Position numbers and translations under genes: made by a program. Of a stretch of 64,000 nt of DNA, positions 19,140 to 30,206 are shown in pieces; the first letter of the stretch is position 1, and each line of letters starts with the position of its first letter. The DNA lies in the NCBI GenBank assembly GCA_963717185.1, contig CAVQVY010000024.1, positions 65,057-129,056 on the forward strand, read 5' to 3'. The notes below the pieces were generated by a model. The model had not been told where the DNA came from. It saw only the letters and a list, made by a program, of their open reading frames with translations, and ran no database searches. The DNA comes from Candidatus Dormiibacterota bacterium. Its GTDB lineage: Bacteria > Chloroflexota > Dormibacteria > Aeolococcales > Aeolococcaceae.

Positions 19140-22100
19140 GTGCCTGACAGCGTCCCTCTGACCCTCCCCGCGATGGGCGAATCCGTCACCGAGGGCACCA
19201 TCTCCCGGTGGCTCAAGTCCGTCGGTGACAGCGTCACCGAGGGCGAGTCGCTGGTCGAGGTCACCACCGACAAGGTGGACGTCGAGGTGCCCTCACCAGC
19301 CGCCGGCACCCTCGAGACGATCGTCGCCCAGGAGGGTGACACGGTGACCGTCGGGGCCACCCTGGCCACCATCGCCGCAGGGGCCAACGGCGCCGCCGAA
19401 CCGGCACCGGCCGACGGTGCACCGGCGGCGAAGCCCGCCGACAGCAACGGCGCCACCCAGGCAGCGGAGGTGGCGGTGGCGGCGCCACCGGACGCCACCG
19501 CCAAGCCCGAGGCACCCGGCGGCGATGCGCGGCCCGCTGCCACCGCTGCCCCGGCGACGCCCCCGCCGGCGGCGCCGGCCCGGTCACAGCGTCGCCGCTG
19601 GCCCGCCGGCGGGCCGCGCTGCAGGGCGTGGACCTCGCCGCCGCCAAGGGCAGCGGGCCCGGCGGGTTGGTGCGTGCGGCTGACGTCAGCGCCACCGCGA
19701 ACGGGCGGCGCCGGCGCCGGTGAAGACGACCGCCCCGGTCGCTCCGGAGGGCGAGGGCACGGTCGAACTGCGCGGCCCCGCCGCGTCGCTCGTCGACTAC
19801 ATGGAGCAGAGCCGCGACATCCCCACGGCGACGTCGTTCCGCTCCATCGCTGTCACCGTTCTCGACGCGCGCCGCCGCGAGCTCAACCTCGCCCTGACCA
19901 CCGCGGGCAAGCCGTTCAAGGTGTCGTTCACCCACCTGATCGGCTACGCCATCGCCAGGGCGGCGCTGGACATGCCGGAGATGTCCGCGCATTTCGCGCG
20001 CACCGAGCAGGGCCGGCCGGCTCGGGTCGACAGCGGTGTGCACCTCGGGCTCGCCGTCGACAGCCGTCGCAAGGATGGCAGCCGTTTCCTGGTCGTCCCC
20101 GTGATCAGGGACGCCGGCGCCCTCACGTTCGCGGACTTCCGCACCGAGTACGAGCGCCTCATCGACCGCGCCCGCACCAACACCCTGGCCGCCGACGAGC
20201 TCCGCGGGGCGACCATCACCCTGACCAACCCCGGCGGCATCGGGACGGTCGCGTCGGTGCCGCGGCTGATGCCGGGACAAGGCACCATCGTCGCCGTCGG
20301 CGCGCTCGGCTACCCGCCCGAGTGGCGCGAGGTCGCCGAGTCGCGTCTGCGCGACCTGGGAGTCGCCAAGGTCATGACCATGACCTCGACGTACGACCAC
20401 CGCGTCATCCAGGGCGCGCAATCCGGCGAGTTCCTCGGCCGCATCGAGGCACTGCTCAACGGTGACAGTGATTTCTACAACGCGGTGTTCGAGAGCCTGG
20501 GCCTCGGCTCGCCGGCCGCGGACATCCCGCGTAGCAGCGCCGACTCCCGCGCCGCAGCGCCGGCCGCAGCCACCACAGCGGCTGACGCGGACGACTCGAC
20601 GAGCGCGATGCCGTCGCGGCAGATGCTCGGTGCCGTCCAGGCCGCCACCTCGCTGATCAAGGCGCATCGCACCCACGGTCACCTCGGCGCACACCTCGAC
20701 CCGCTGGGGACGCCGCCACTGGGCGATCCCGCCATGGAACCGGAGACCTACGGGCTCACCCCCGACGTCATGGAGCAGATCCCCGCGGACGTGCTGCGCG
20801 TGTACGTGCCGGGTCGCAACCTAGCGGAGGTCCTGCCCAACCTGCGGCGCACCTACTGCGGAACCATCGCCTATGAGATCGAGCACATCGCCAGCCACGA
20901 GCAGCGCGTGTGGTTGCGCGAGCACATCGAGTCGGGCGCGTACACGATGCCCTTCAGCGCCGAGAACAAGCGACGGCTGCTGCAGCGTCTCACCAAGGTC
21001 GAGGCGATGGAGCGCTACCTGCGTCGCACGTTCATCGGCCAGAAGACGTTCTCAGCCGAGGGTGTCGACGCCATGATCCCCATGCTCGAGGGCCTGCTCG
21101 CAGCCATCGCCGATGACGGCATCGGTGAGGTGGTGATGGGGATGTCGCACCGTGGACGGCTGGCCACCATCGCTCATGTCGTCAACCGCCCCTACGCGGC
21201 CATCCTCGTGGCCTTCGAGCGCGGTGAGATGCGCCGCGCGGTGGCCTCGCTCAACGACGCCCCGACCGGCGACGTCAAGTACCACATCGGCGCCACCGGC
21301 ACCTATGTCACGGACACGGGCAAGGGCATCACCGTTCGCCTTCTCTCCAACCCCTCGCACCTCGAGGCCGTCGACCCCGTCGTCGAGGGCTGGACGCGCG
21401 CGGAGCAGACCAAGCGCAACTCGAGCACGCTGCACGTCGACCCCATGATCGCGGTGCCGGTGCTGCTCCACGGCGACGCCGCGTTCGCAGGCCAGGGATC
21501 GTCGCCGAGGTGTTCAACCTGCAGTCACTGGCCGGCTACGCGACCGGTGGCACGGTGCACCTCATCACCAACAACCAGGTCGGCTTCACCACCGACGCGA
21601 GCGACGCGCGCTCCACGCGCTACGCCAGCGACCTCGCCAAGGGTTTTGACGTTCCCATCGTGCACGTCAACGCCGACGACATTGAGGCGTGCATCAACGC
21701 GGTGCGACTGGCGTGGGACTACCGCCGCACCTACCACCGTGACGTCGTCATCGACCTGATCGGCTACCGCCGCTTCGGGCACAACGAGACCGACGAGCCC
21801 TCGTACACCCAGCCGCTGATGTACCAGAAGATCAAGGAGCATCCCACCGCTCGCGAGATCTACCTGCACAAGCTGGTCGGCGAGGGACTGATCACCGAGG
21901 CCGACGGCGCCAACGACTTCGAGACCGCGTACAGCGCAGTCGCTGAGGCGCACAAGCGGGTCAAGGCGACGCTCGCCTCCGACCCCACCGAGGAGTCGGA
22001 GGAGTCGACCGCCGCCGAGACCGAGACCCCACGGCCGTCGACGCGTGTCGCCCGCGACACGCTGCTGACGCTCAACGAGCAGCTCATCGTCGCCCCTGAC

Positions 22101-23306
22101 GACTTCCACGTCTATCCCAAGCTGGCCAAGCAGCTGGAGCGCCGGCGCGCCGCCGTCAAGGACGGCAGCGGCATCGACTGGGGCACCGCCGAGTCGCTGG
22201 CGTTCGCCTCGCTGCTCACCGAGGGACACCCGGTCCGCCTCTCAGGACAGGACACCCAGCGGGGCACGTTCAGCCAGCGCCACCTGGTGTTCCACGACGA
22301 TCGCACCGGCGCGCAGTGGATCCCGATGGAGAACCTGGTCGGCGCCGAGGCCACGTTCGAGGTCTACAACAGCCCGCTCAGCGAGGTCGGCTGCCTCGGC
22401 TTCGAGTACGGCTACAGCGCGGCCGACCCCACCACCACCGTTCTCTGGGAGGCGCAGTACGGCGACTTCGTCAACAACGCCGAGATGGTGGTCGACCAGT
22501 TCATCTCGTCGGCGCTGGCCAAATGGGGACAGCGTTCGCGGCTGGCGCTGCTCCTGCCGCACGGCTACGAGGGCAACGGGCCGGAGCACTCCAGCGCCCG
22601 GCTCGAGCGTTTCCTGCAGCTCGCCGCGCACGGGAACATGCGGGTCGCCAACTGCTCGACTGCTGCGCAGTACTTCCACCTGCTGCGCGACCACGCGATC
22701 GCGCCGACCGCCAGGCCGCTGGTGATCATGACCCCGAAGAGCCTGCTGCGCCTCAAGGAGTCGGCGTGCACACTCGACGACCTCGCCGACGGTGAGTTCC
22801 GAGCGGTCATCGACGACCCCACCACCTCGGCCAGCGCCAAGCAGCGCAAGAGCGTGCACACCATGCTGCTGTGCACCGGGAAGATCTACTACGAGCTGGC
22901 GCTGCACCCGGATCGCGCCCAGGCCGAGGACCTCGCCATCCTGCGCATCGAGCTGCTCAACCCGCTCCCGGTCGACGAGGTGCTGGCGCTGATCCGCACC
23001 TATCCCAACCTCGAGCAGATCTACTGGGTGCAGGAGGAGCCGGCCAACATGGGCGCCTGGCCGCACCTGTCACGGCCGATCGGCAAGCGGCGCCCCTACG
23101 ACATCCGCTGGGACTACATCGGCAGGCCGCGTCGGGCGAGCCCGTCCGAGGGCTCCGCCGGCTCGCACCACATCGAGCAGGAGCGCATCCTCAACAGCGC
23201 GATCGCCAGCTCGCCGATCCTTGCCGCGAGGCAGACCGACTCCGCCGGCCTGCAGCCCGCCGACGCCAGGGCGTCCTCCGACCCGAAGACCGCCGGCGAC
23301 TCGTGA
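19140..23306 (+). pseudogene. kgd: Multifunctional 2-oxoglutarate dehydrogenase: lipoyl domain + E3-binding domain + E2o acyltransferase + E1o (Kgd/OdhA-type), three frame breaks
   Basis: Four consecutive pieces: the lipoyl domain ([15 protein letters not shown]...[12 protein letters not shown]); the PSBD ([35 protein letters not shown], in the frame of 19577); the acyltransferase with [17 protein letters not shown]; and the E1o TPP enzyme running to 23306. The breaks are repairable by +1 nt at C3 19579-19581, G3 19703-19705 and G3 21495-21497. Confidence 0.85.
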
Positions 23307-24670
23307 GCCCTCGGGTCGTCGTCCTGGGCGGAGGCCCGGCGGGAGATGTCGCGGCCCTGCGCGCCGCGCAGCTTGGTGCCGAGACGGTGCTGATCGAGCG
23401 CGCCGAGCTGGGTGGCACGTGCCTGAACTGGGGCTGCATCCCCACCAAGTCACTGCTGGCCGGCGCCGACCTGTTGCGCAGGATCCGCCACGCGTCCGAC
23501 TACGGGATCGTGGTGCCCGAGCCCACCATCGACTTCACGCGGATGATGGCGCGCAAGGAGGAGGTTGTCCTTGCGATGCGCTCCGGCGTCGAGGCGGCGT
23601 GCAAGCGCAAGAAGGTGCGCGTGGTTCGCGAGCAGGGTGTCATCGAGGGCGATGAGGTGATCGCGGGCGGCGAGCGCTTCGGCTTCGACCACCTCATCGT
23701 GTGTGTCGGCACAGCCGCCAGCGGGCTCCCGGGCATCGACATGGACCATCCACTCGTGGTGACGTCCGACGGCATCCTGCGGCTCGAGAAGATCCCCAAG
23801 AAGATGCTGGTGATCGGCGGTGGCGTCATCGGTTGCGAGTTCGCCAGCCTGTTCGCCCCGCTGGGTTCGGAGGTCAACGTGGTGGAGGTGCTCCCGCAGA
23901 TCCTCACCGGGGTCGACCCGCGCATCGTCACCCAGTTCCGCAAGCTGGTGGAGGCGCAGGGCATCACCTTCCACACGGGACGCAAGGTGGAGACCGTCGA
24001 CTACCGCAAGGCCTCGCTCACCGCCCATCTGGACGACGGCACCGGCATCGACGCCGACCTGCTGCTGGTGTCGGTCGGGCGCCGCCCCGAGACCGCGGAC
24101 ATCGGCCTCGAGGCAGCGGGCGTCAAGGTCAGCGACCGCGGTTACATCGAGGTCGACGACAACCTGCGCACCGCCAACCCCAAGATCTGGTCCGCTGGGG
24201 ACTGCATCGGCGGCCTCCAGCTCGCCCACCTGGCCAGTGCGGAAGCCGCCCGCGCGGTCGAGAACGCGCTCGGCCACAACGTCATGGCCATGGATCGCAC
24301 GGTGGTGCCGTCCTGCATCTACACCCACCCGGAAATCGCCATGGTTGGACTCAACTTCGAGACCGCCAAGGCGGCGGGGTACGAGGTGAAGGTGGGCCAG
24401 GCGCGCTTCCTCGGCAACGGCAAGGCACTCGGTGAGGGCGAGCCCGACGGGCTGGCCCAGCTCTACTCAGACGCGGCAACCGGCCTGCTGCTCGGCGCCA
24501 CCGTCATGGGAGTGCACGCGGTCGAGATCATCTCCGAGGTGGGCGTCGCGATCTCGGACGGCCTCACCGCCGACGAGCTCGGCGCGATCATCCACCCGCA
24601 CCCGACGGTCAGCGAGACCATCATGGACGCGGCCGAGCAAGCGGTCGGAGTCGCGCCCTACCTGTCGTAA
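23303..24670 (+). CDS. lpdA: Dihydrolipoyl dehydrogenase (E3)
   Basis: VVVLGGGPAGDVAALRAAQLG FAD-binding motif, the redox-disulfide motif GGTCLNWGCIPTK, and the C-terminal HPHPTVSE dimerisation motif. The GTG start overlaps the kgd stop (GTGA). Confidence 0.9.
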   Translation: MSPRVVVLGGGPAGDVAALRAAQLGAETVLIERAELGGTCLNWGCIPTKSLLAGADLLRRIRHASDYGIVVPEPTIDFTRMMARKEEVVLAMRSGVEAACKRKKVRVVREQGVIEGDEVIAGGERFGFDHLIVCVGTAASGLPGIDMDHPLVVTSDGILRLEKIPKKMLVIGGGVIGCEFASLFAPLGSEVNVVEVLPQILTGVDPRIVTQFRKLVEAQGITFHTGRKVETVDYRKASLTAHLDDGTGIDADLLLVSVGRRPETADIGLEAAGVKVSDRGYIEVDDNLRTANPKIWSAGDCIGGLQLAHLASAEAARAVENALGHNVMAMDRTVVPSCIYTHPEIAMVGLNFETAKAAGYEVKVGQARFLGNGKALGEGEPDGLAQLYSDAATGLLLGATVMGVHAVEIISEVGVAISDGLTADELGAIIHPHPTVSETIMDAAEQAVGVAPYLS

Positions 24671-24717
24671 CGCCAGGGGGAACCCGCCGTGCTTCGCCGG
24701 CACCCTAGCAGGGGGAG

Positions 24718-25104
24718 CTACAGCTCACTCCTGAGTCTCTGGTCGCGGCGGCGCAGCCGCCGGGTCGCGACCAGGCGGCGCGCGACCAGGGCTTCGCGGA
24801 TGGCGAGCACCGCGAAGACCACGCCGACCGCGAGAAGCACGCCGCCCAGCCAGCGAGGGCTGAGGATCACGCTGCTTGTGCCACCGGCGAGGCACAGCGC
24901 GGCCGCGATGCCGAACCCGCTCGCCACCGCGATGCGCGAGAGCAGCGAGGCGGCGTCGCGAGCGTCGCGGACCCGCTGCGCGACCGCGGGGTTGCCACCG
25001 GTGGCGGCGCCGAAGGTGCGCCGGGCGGCGGTACGGCGCCGGTTACCGAGCAGACGCCAGAAGAGAAACCCCGAGAGGAGGCGGATCAGGAGGCTCCACG
25101 GCAT
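24718..25104 (-). CDS. Small membrane protein (hypothetical)
   Basis: Three hydrophobic segments and Arg-rich loops. Start chosen at ATG 25104. There is no recognisable family and GC-rich antisense ORFs overlap it. Confidence 0.35.
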   Translation of the reverse strand: MPWSLLIRLLSGFLFWRLLGNRRRTAARRTFGAATGGNPAVAQRVRDARDAASLLSRIAVASGFGIAAALCLAGGTSSVILSPRWLGGVLLAVGVVFAVLAIREALVARRLVATRRLRRRDQRLRSEL

Positions 25105-25232
25105 CAGGTCTCCATTGTGGGACGCCACGCTCGCAGACGGGCTTGCCACGGCGTCTGATGGCGGCGTCGGGACGGCAGAGCGAGCGTGCGGGCCCTGCTA
25201 TCGTCGGCCACCCACGGCACGGAGGTATTGCA

Positions 25233-25460
25233 ATGGTCCGGGCGTACGTGCTGATCACCGCCACCGCCGGCAAGGCGCTCGAGGTCGTCGATCGCCTGAG
25301 GTCCGCGCCCGGCGTCATCCACGCGGACGCGATCACCGGTGAGTACGACGTCATCGCCGAGGTGGAGGCAGACGACATCGCCGGGATCGGCCGGCTCGTG
25401 GTGGAGCGCGTCCAGTCCAACGGGGTCCTGAAGACGATCACCTGCCTGGCGGTCCAGTAG
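25233..25460 (+). CDS. Lrp/AsnC ligand-binding (RAM) domain protein, 75 aa
   Basis: MVRAYVLITATAGKALEVVDRLRSAPGVIHADAITGEYDVIAEVEADD is the stand-alone AsnC-type RAM domain pattern. Confidence 0.7.
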   Translation: MVRAYVLITATAGKALEVVDRLRSAPGVIHADAITGEYDVIAEVEADDIAGIGRLVVERVQSNGVLKTITCLAVQ

Positions 25461-25464
25461 GAAC

Positions 25465-26298
25465 TTGTCGGTCAGCGTGCCTTCCGCGGTCGGGCTGGGC
25501 GGCCTCATCTCGGAAGCGTTCGCGCTGCTCGGCGCCAGTGCCCGGTTGCGTCGCTCGCTGTGGTCGTGGCTGGCGGCCGGGCTGCTGCTCAGCGAGGCCT
25601 TCACCATCCCGGTCGCGGAGCTCCATGACGGCGCCGCCGCAGTGCCGCTGGCACTCGGCGCAGCAGGCTGGTGGGCGGCGGTCTCGGTTTTCCTGGTCGG
25701 GGGCACGCCGCTGCTGCGCACCCCTGACGGCGCTCGCATCGAGAGGTATGGCATCCCCAACGGGCTGAGCGCGATCCGCGCCTGGCTGTGCTTCCCGCTG
25801 ATCCTCTGCGCGTCGCTGTCCCTGCCGGGGTCCATCGGTCTGTACCTCTGGTGCTCGGTGGGCGGGAGCACCGGGATGCTCGACTTCGTCGACGGGTTCA
25901 TCGCCCGCCGGTTCGGCCCGATCACCGAGCTCGGCAAGGCGCTCGACCCGGCCATGGACGTGCTGTTCTTTGCCATGGCAGCTGTTGGCAGCTGGCTCCT
26001 CGGCATCGCCCCCGGGTGGCTGGCGGCGGGGATCCTCTTCCGCTACCTCGGGCCGTTCGTGGTGACGCCGTTCATCTTCCTGGCCGGGAAGCGTCCCGAG
26101 CTGGTGCACACGGTGTGGGGGCGGCGCAACACCGCGGCAATTGGCCTGGTGCTGTTCATCCTGATGATCGTGCGGCTCAGCGGTGGCCCGGTGAACACCG
26201 TGGGGCTGGTGATCGCCCTGCCATTGCTGGTTCCCACCTTCGTGCTCCACAGCGTGGCGCTGGTGCGGCGCACCGCGCAGGCTCCTCGCGCCCGCTGA
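25465..26298 (+). CDS. CDP-alcohol phosphatidyltransferase family protein
   Basis: DFVDGFIARRFGPITELGKALDPAMD matches D-G-x2-A-R-x8-G-x3-D-x3-D. Polytopic membrane protein. TTG start at 25465, with an alternative GTG at 25477. Confidence 0.8.
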   Translation: MSVSVPSAVGLGGLISEAFALLGASARLRRSLWSWLAAGLLLSEAFTIPVAELHDGAAAVPLALGAAGWWAAVSVFLVGGTPLLRTPDGARIERYGIPNGLSAIRAWLCFPLILCASLSLPGSIGLYLWCSVGGSTGMLDFVDGFIARRFGPITELGKALDPAMDVLFFAMAAVGSWLLGIAPGWLAAGILFRYLGPFVVTPFIFLAGKRPELVHTVWGRRNTAAIGLVLFILMIVRLSGGPVNTVGLVIALPLLVPTFVLHSVALVRRTAQAPRAR

Positions 26299-26307
26299 CC
26301 GGGCGCG

Positions 26308-26652
26308 TCAGTGGTTGGAGTCGAGGCGATGGCGAACCGCGGTCAGCCACCCGGTGGCGGACATCTGGAAGGCCACCGGGTCCACCTCCCCGCCCAGCCT
26401 GGTCAGCACGACGCTGAGCTCCCCATCACTGAGGCCGGCGGCGAGGAGGCCACGCAGCTCTTCCGCCGTGTCGATGACGACGCTGCCCGGCGACTCGGCG
26501 ACGAAGTCGTCGACGACCTCGTCCCACCCCTGGCCGTCCATCGGCCAGTCGCGGTGGAAGTACGCGCTCATCAGCTGGTGCAGCTGCGGGTACGCGGCGG
26601 CCGGGTCGTCGACGATGTCCTGGCGTGGCATGCGCGGGCCTCCGTTGCTCAT
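26308..26652 (-). CDS. CdiI-like immunity protein (the family annotated as contact-dependent growth inhibition system immunity proteins)
   Basis: LMSAYFHRDWPMDGQGWDEVVDDFVAESP...ELRGLLAAGLSDGEL... fits the YFHQDW-type immunity family as I recall it. ATG 26652 overlaps the toxin stop (ATGA). Confidence 0.65.
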   Translation of the reverse strand: MSNGGPRMPRQDIVDDPAAAYPQLHQLMSAYFHRDWPMDGQGWDEVVDDFVAESPGSVVIDTAEELRGLLAAGLSDGELSVVLTRLGGEVDPVAFQMSATGWLTAVRHRLDSNH

Positions 26653-27110
26653 GGCTGGCGAGGATACGAGGCTGCGGCATCCCTGACCGGGTAGGCCGTG
26701 AGCACCGCGAAACCGGACGGGTATGTGCGGTTGCGCTTCAGCACGACCCGCACCGCGGTGGCCGGCAGCGGTGGCTGACCGGCCTCCCACCGGCTGCGCC
26801 GCAGCTCGTCGCCGATCACCTCGCCCATGTCGACGCCGATCGCCAGCCGCGAGCGGCCACCGCGGCGCCACCGCTCCACCTCGGCGCGGTTGACGGCGAC
26901 GCAGGCCTCGACGCAGCGCTGGGCCGTGGGCACGTCGGGGAACGACCCTGTCGCCACCAGCCACGGGTGCTGCGCCAGCCGTTCGGCCTCCACCGACGGG
27001 GTGGTGCCGCAGTGACGGGACACCGTGTGGCCGTCACCCCGCCGGTCATACACATCGAGTGGCTCGACGCGGACCGGACGGCGCGTGCGCAGGCCGCCGT
27101 CGAGCTCCAT
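26649..27110 (-). CDS. Stand-alone RNase A-like toxin domain (CdiA-CT type), 153 aa
   Basis: GHTVSRHCG...AERLAQHP...ATGSFPDVPTAQRCVEACVAVNRAEVERW...VRVVLKRNRTYPSGFAVLTAYP matches the bacterial RNase-A-like toxin domain pattern (GHT.xRH.G ... vLTAYP). GGGGAGG Shine-Dalgarno 5 nt upstream of ATG 27110. The in-frame upstream extension has poor GC3 bias. Confidence 0.65.
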   Translation of the reverse strand: MELDGGLRTRRPVRVEPLDVYDRRGDGHTVSRHCGTTPSVEAERLAQHPWLVATGSFPDVPTAQRCVEACVAVNRAEVERWRRGGRSRLAIGVDMGEVIGDELRRSRWEAGQPPLPATAVRVVLKRNRTYPSGFAVLTAYPVRDAAASYPRQP

Positions 27111-27231
27111 CACGCCTCCCCACCTGCGTCGCAACTCACCCCACCGACTGTCACCGTGGAGCGCGGACGCGCAGAGGACGATGCGTGCACACGCGCGCGG
27201 CGATGCGATCAGCTCGCCGCGGAGGCGCCGG

Positions 27232-28503
<1,272 letters not shown>

Positions 28504-28536
28504 GCCTTCACGAGTGTCGGGGATAATCCGCGCGCT

Positions 28537-29562
28537 GTGCAGGCCGTGGTCAAGCCGATCGCCGCGCCCGGGCTCGTGCTCGCCGACGTTCCCGAACCGG
28601 TCCCGGGCGATGGCGAGCTGCTGTTGCGCGTCTCCGCTGCGTCCGTGTGCGGCACGGACGTGCACCTCTACGACTGGAACCCATGGGCAGCTGCGCGAGT
28701 GCACCCGCCGCGGGTGATCGGCCACGAGCTCTGCGGCGAGGTGGTCGGTCGCGGCGCCGGCGCCGACATGCGTGACGGACAGCGTGTCGCCGTCGAGTCA
28801 CACATCGTCTGTGGGAACTGCAACTCCTGCAGACGCGGCGACTTCCAGGTCTGCCTCAACACCCGGATCCTCGGGGTGGACGTCGACGGTGGGTTCACCA
28901 CCCTGGTGGCGGTCCCCCAGGCCAACGTGTTCCCCATCTCGGACGACACCACCTCGGAGGTGGCCGCGGCGCTCGAGCCCGTCGGCAACGCCGTCCACGC
29001 CTGCTCGTACGGGGATCTCTCCGGGCGCACCATCGCGGTGTTCGGTTGCGGGCCGATCGGTTGCGCAGCGATCGCGGTGGCGCGCGCTGACGGCGCCGCC
29101 TCAGTGATCGCCGTCGACCGCAACCGCTACCGGCTCCAACTCGCTGAGCGCATGGGTGCATCGCAGATGGTGATGGCCGACGAGAACGTGGAGAAGGGCG
29201 TTCGCGATGCCGCGGGCGGCGCCGACATCGACTGCGTGCTCGAGATGAGCGGCGCGCCGAGCGCTGTGGTCGCGGCCACCAGGCTGGTGCGCCCGGGCGG
29301 TTGGATCAGCCTGCTCGGCATCGGAGACGAACCGACCAGCCTCGACCTCTCCAACGACGTGGTCATGAAAGGCATCAGCCTGCACGGCGTTGTGGGGCGG
29401 CGCTTGCCGCAGACATGGGACTCGACGATGGAGTACGTGCGCAGCGGCGCGGTCGACGTCGCCGCGCTGATCACTCATCACTATGCGATGAGCGAGATCG
29501 AGGCGGTGATCGAGCTGATCAAGTCAGGCCAGTGCGGCAAGGTGTCGCTGCACCACGGGTGA
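28537..29562 (+). CDS. tdh: L-threonine 3-dehydrogenase (zinc MDR family)
   Basis: SVCGTDVHLYDWNPWAA...VIGHELCGEVV and the structural-zinc CGNCNSCRRG motif. 341 aa when started at GTG 28537. Confidence 0.85.
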   Translation: MQAVVKPIAAPGLVLADVPEPVPGDGELLLRVSAASVCGTDVHLYDWNPWAAARVHPPRVIGHELCGEVVGRGAGADMRDGQRVAVESHIVCGNCNSCRRGDFQVCLNTRILGVDVDGGFTTLVAVPQANVFPISDDTTSEVAAALEPVGNAVHACSYGDLSGRTIAVFGCGPIGCAAIAVARADGAASVIAVDRNRYRLQLAERMGASQMVMADENVEKGVRDAAGGADIDCVLEMSGAPSAVVAATRLVRPGGWISLLGIGDEPTSLDLSNDVVMKGISLHGVVGRRLPQTWDSTMEYVRSGAVDVAALITHHYAMSEIEAVIELIKSGQCGKVSLHHG

Positions 29563-29587
29563 CCGGTCACGCGGCCGGTGGCCTTGG

Positions 29588-30040
29588 TCAGTCCGCCGCG
29601 CGCCAGGCCACGATCGCGGCCACGACGGTCAGCGCGGCGCCGGCGAGGGCAACGTAGAAGCCGGGGCCGAAGTAGGGTTGAACATAGAGAGATACCCCGC
29701 GCAGGCTCCAGTCGATGTAGTCGATGAACATGCTGTTGAGCGTCGCGAACGCGAGCACGGTCACCGTCCACCTGATGCCGAGCGTGGGCGCCTCGCGGTA
29801 CGCGTTGATCGCCAGGCCGGCAGCAAGAGAGCCAATCACGATCACCCAGGTGGCGGTGTCGGTGCCGTGGATGATCTCGACCGTGGGTGGTCCGTAGAAC
29901 GCCGGGTTGGGCACGGTGAGGTGATGCCAGACCAGCGGCAGCGACGCGACCACTGTCAGCGCGGCCAGAGCAGCAGTGCCGCCAGGGCGCGGTTCGGTGG
30001 CGTCGGCGTGAACGGTCGCGCATTCAGGCTGGCCCACCAC
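29588..30040 (-). CDS. Small four-TM membrane protein (hypothetical)
   Basis: The hydrophobic C-terminal 145 aa of ORF 29588-30385 has good GC3 bias. Start guessed at the tandem GTG codons at 30040/30037, because the longer ORF would overlap kbl. Confidence 0.4.
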   Translation of the reverse strand: MVGQPECATVHADATEPRPGGTAALAALTVVASLPLVWHHLTVPNPAFYGPPTVEIIHGTDTATWVIVIGSLAAGLAINAYREAPTLGIRWTVTVLAFATLNSMFIDYIDWSLRGVSLYVQPYFGPGFYVALAGAALTVVAAIVAWRAAD

Positions 30041-30206
30041 CTCAGGGCGCTGTCCGACCGAGGTCCCCTGCGCTTCGCCCGCGGCTCCATGATCTACGCA
30101 CTCCGTTGCAGGTGGGATGCGCAGCCTAGCAAGGGCCCATCGTGGCGGCCGGACGACTGAAACCCTCTGGCTCGACCGAGGGCGGCGCTTCCCGTATCGT
30201 CTGGCC

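Noticed and set aside
19261-20694. A 477-aa minus-strand ORF opposite the kgd-type gene.
   Set aside because: It is entirely antisense to a gene with unambiguous lipoyl, PSBD and acyltransferase motifs. Its Arg/Pro-rich translation is typical of shadow frames.
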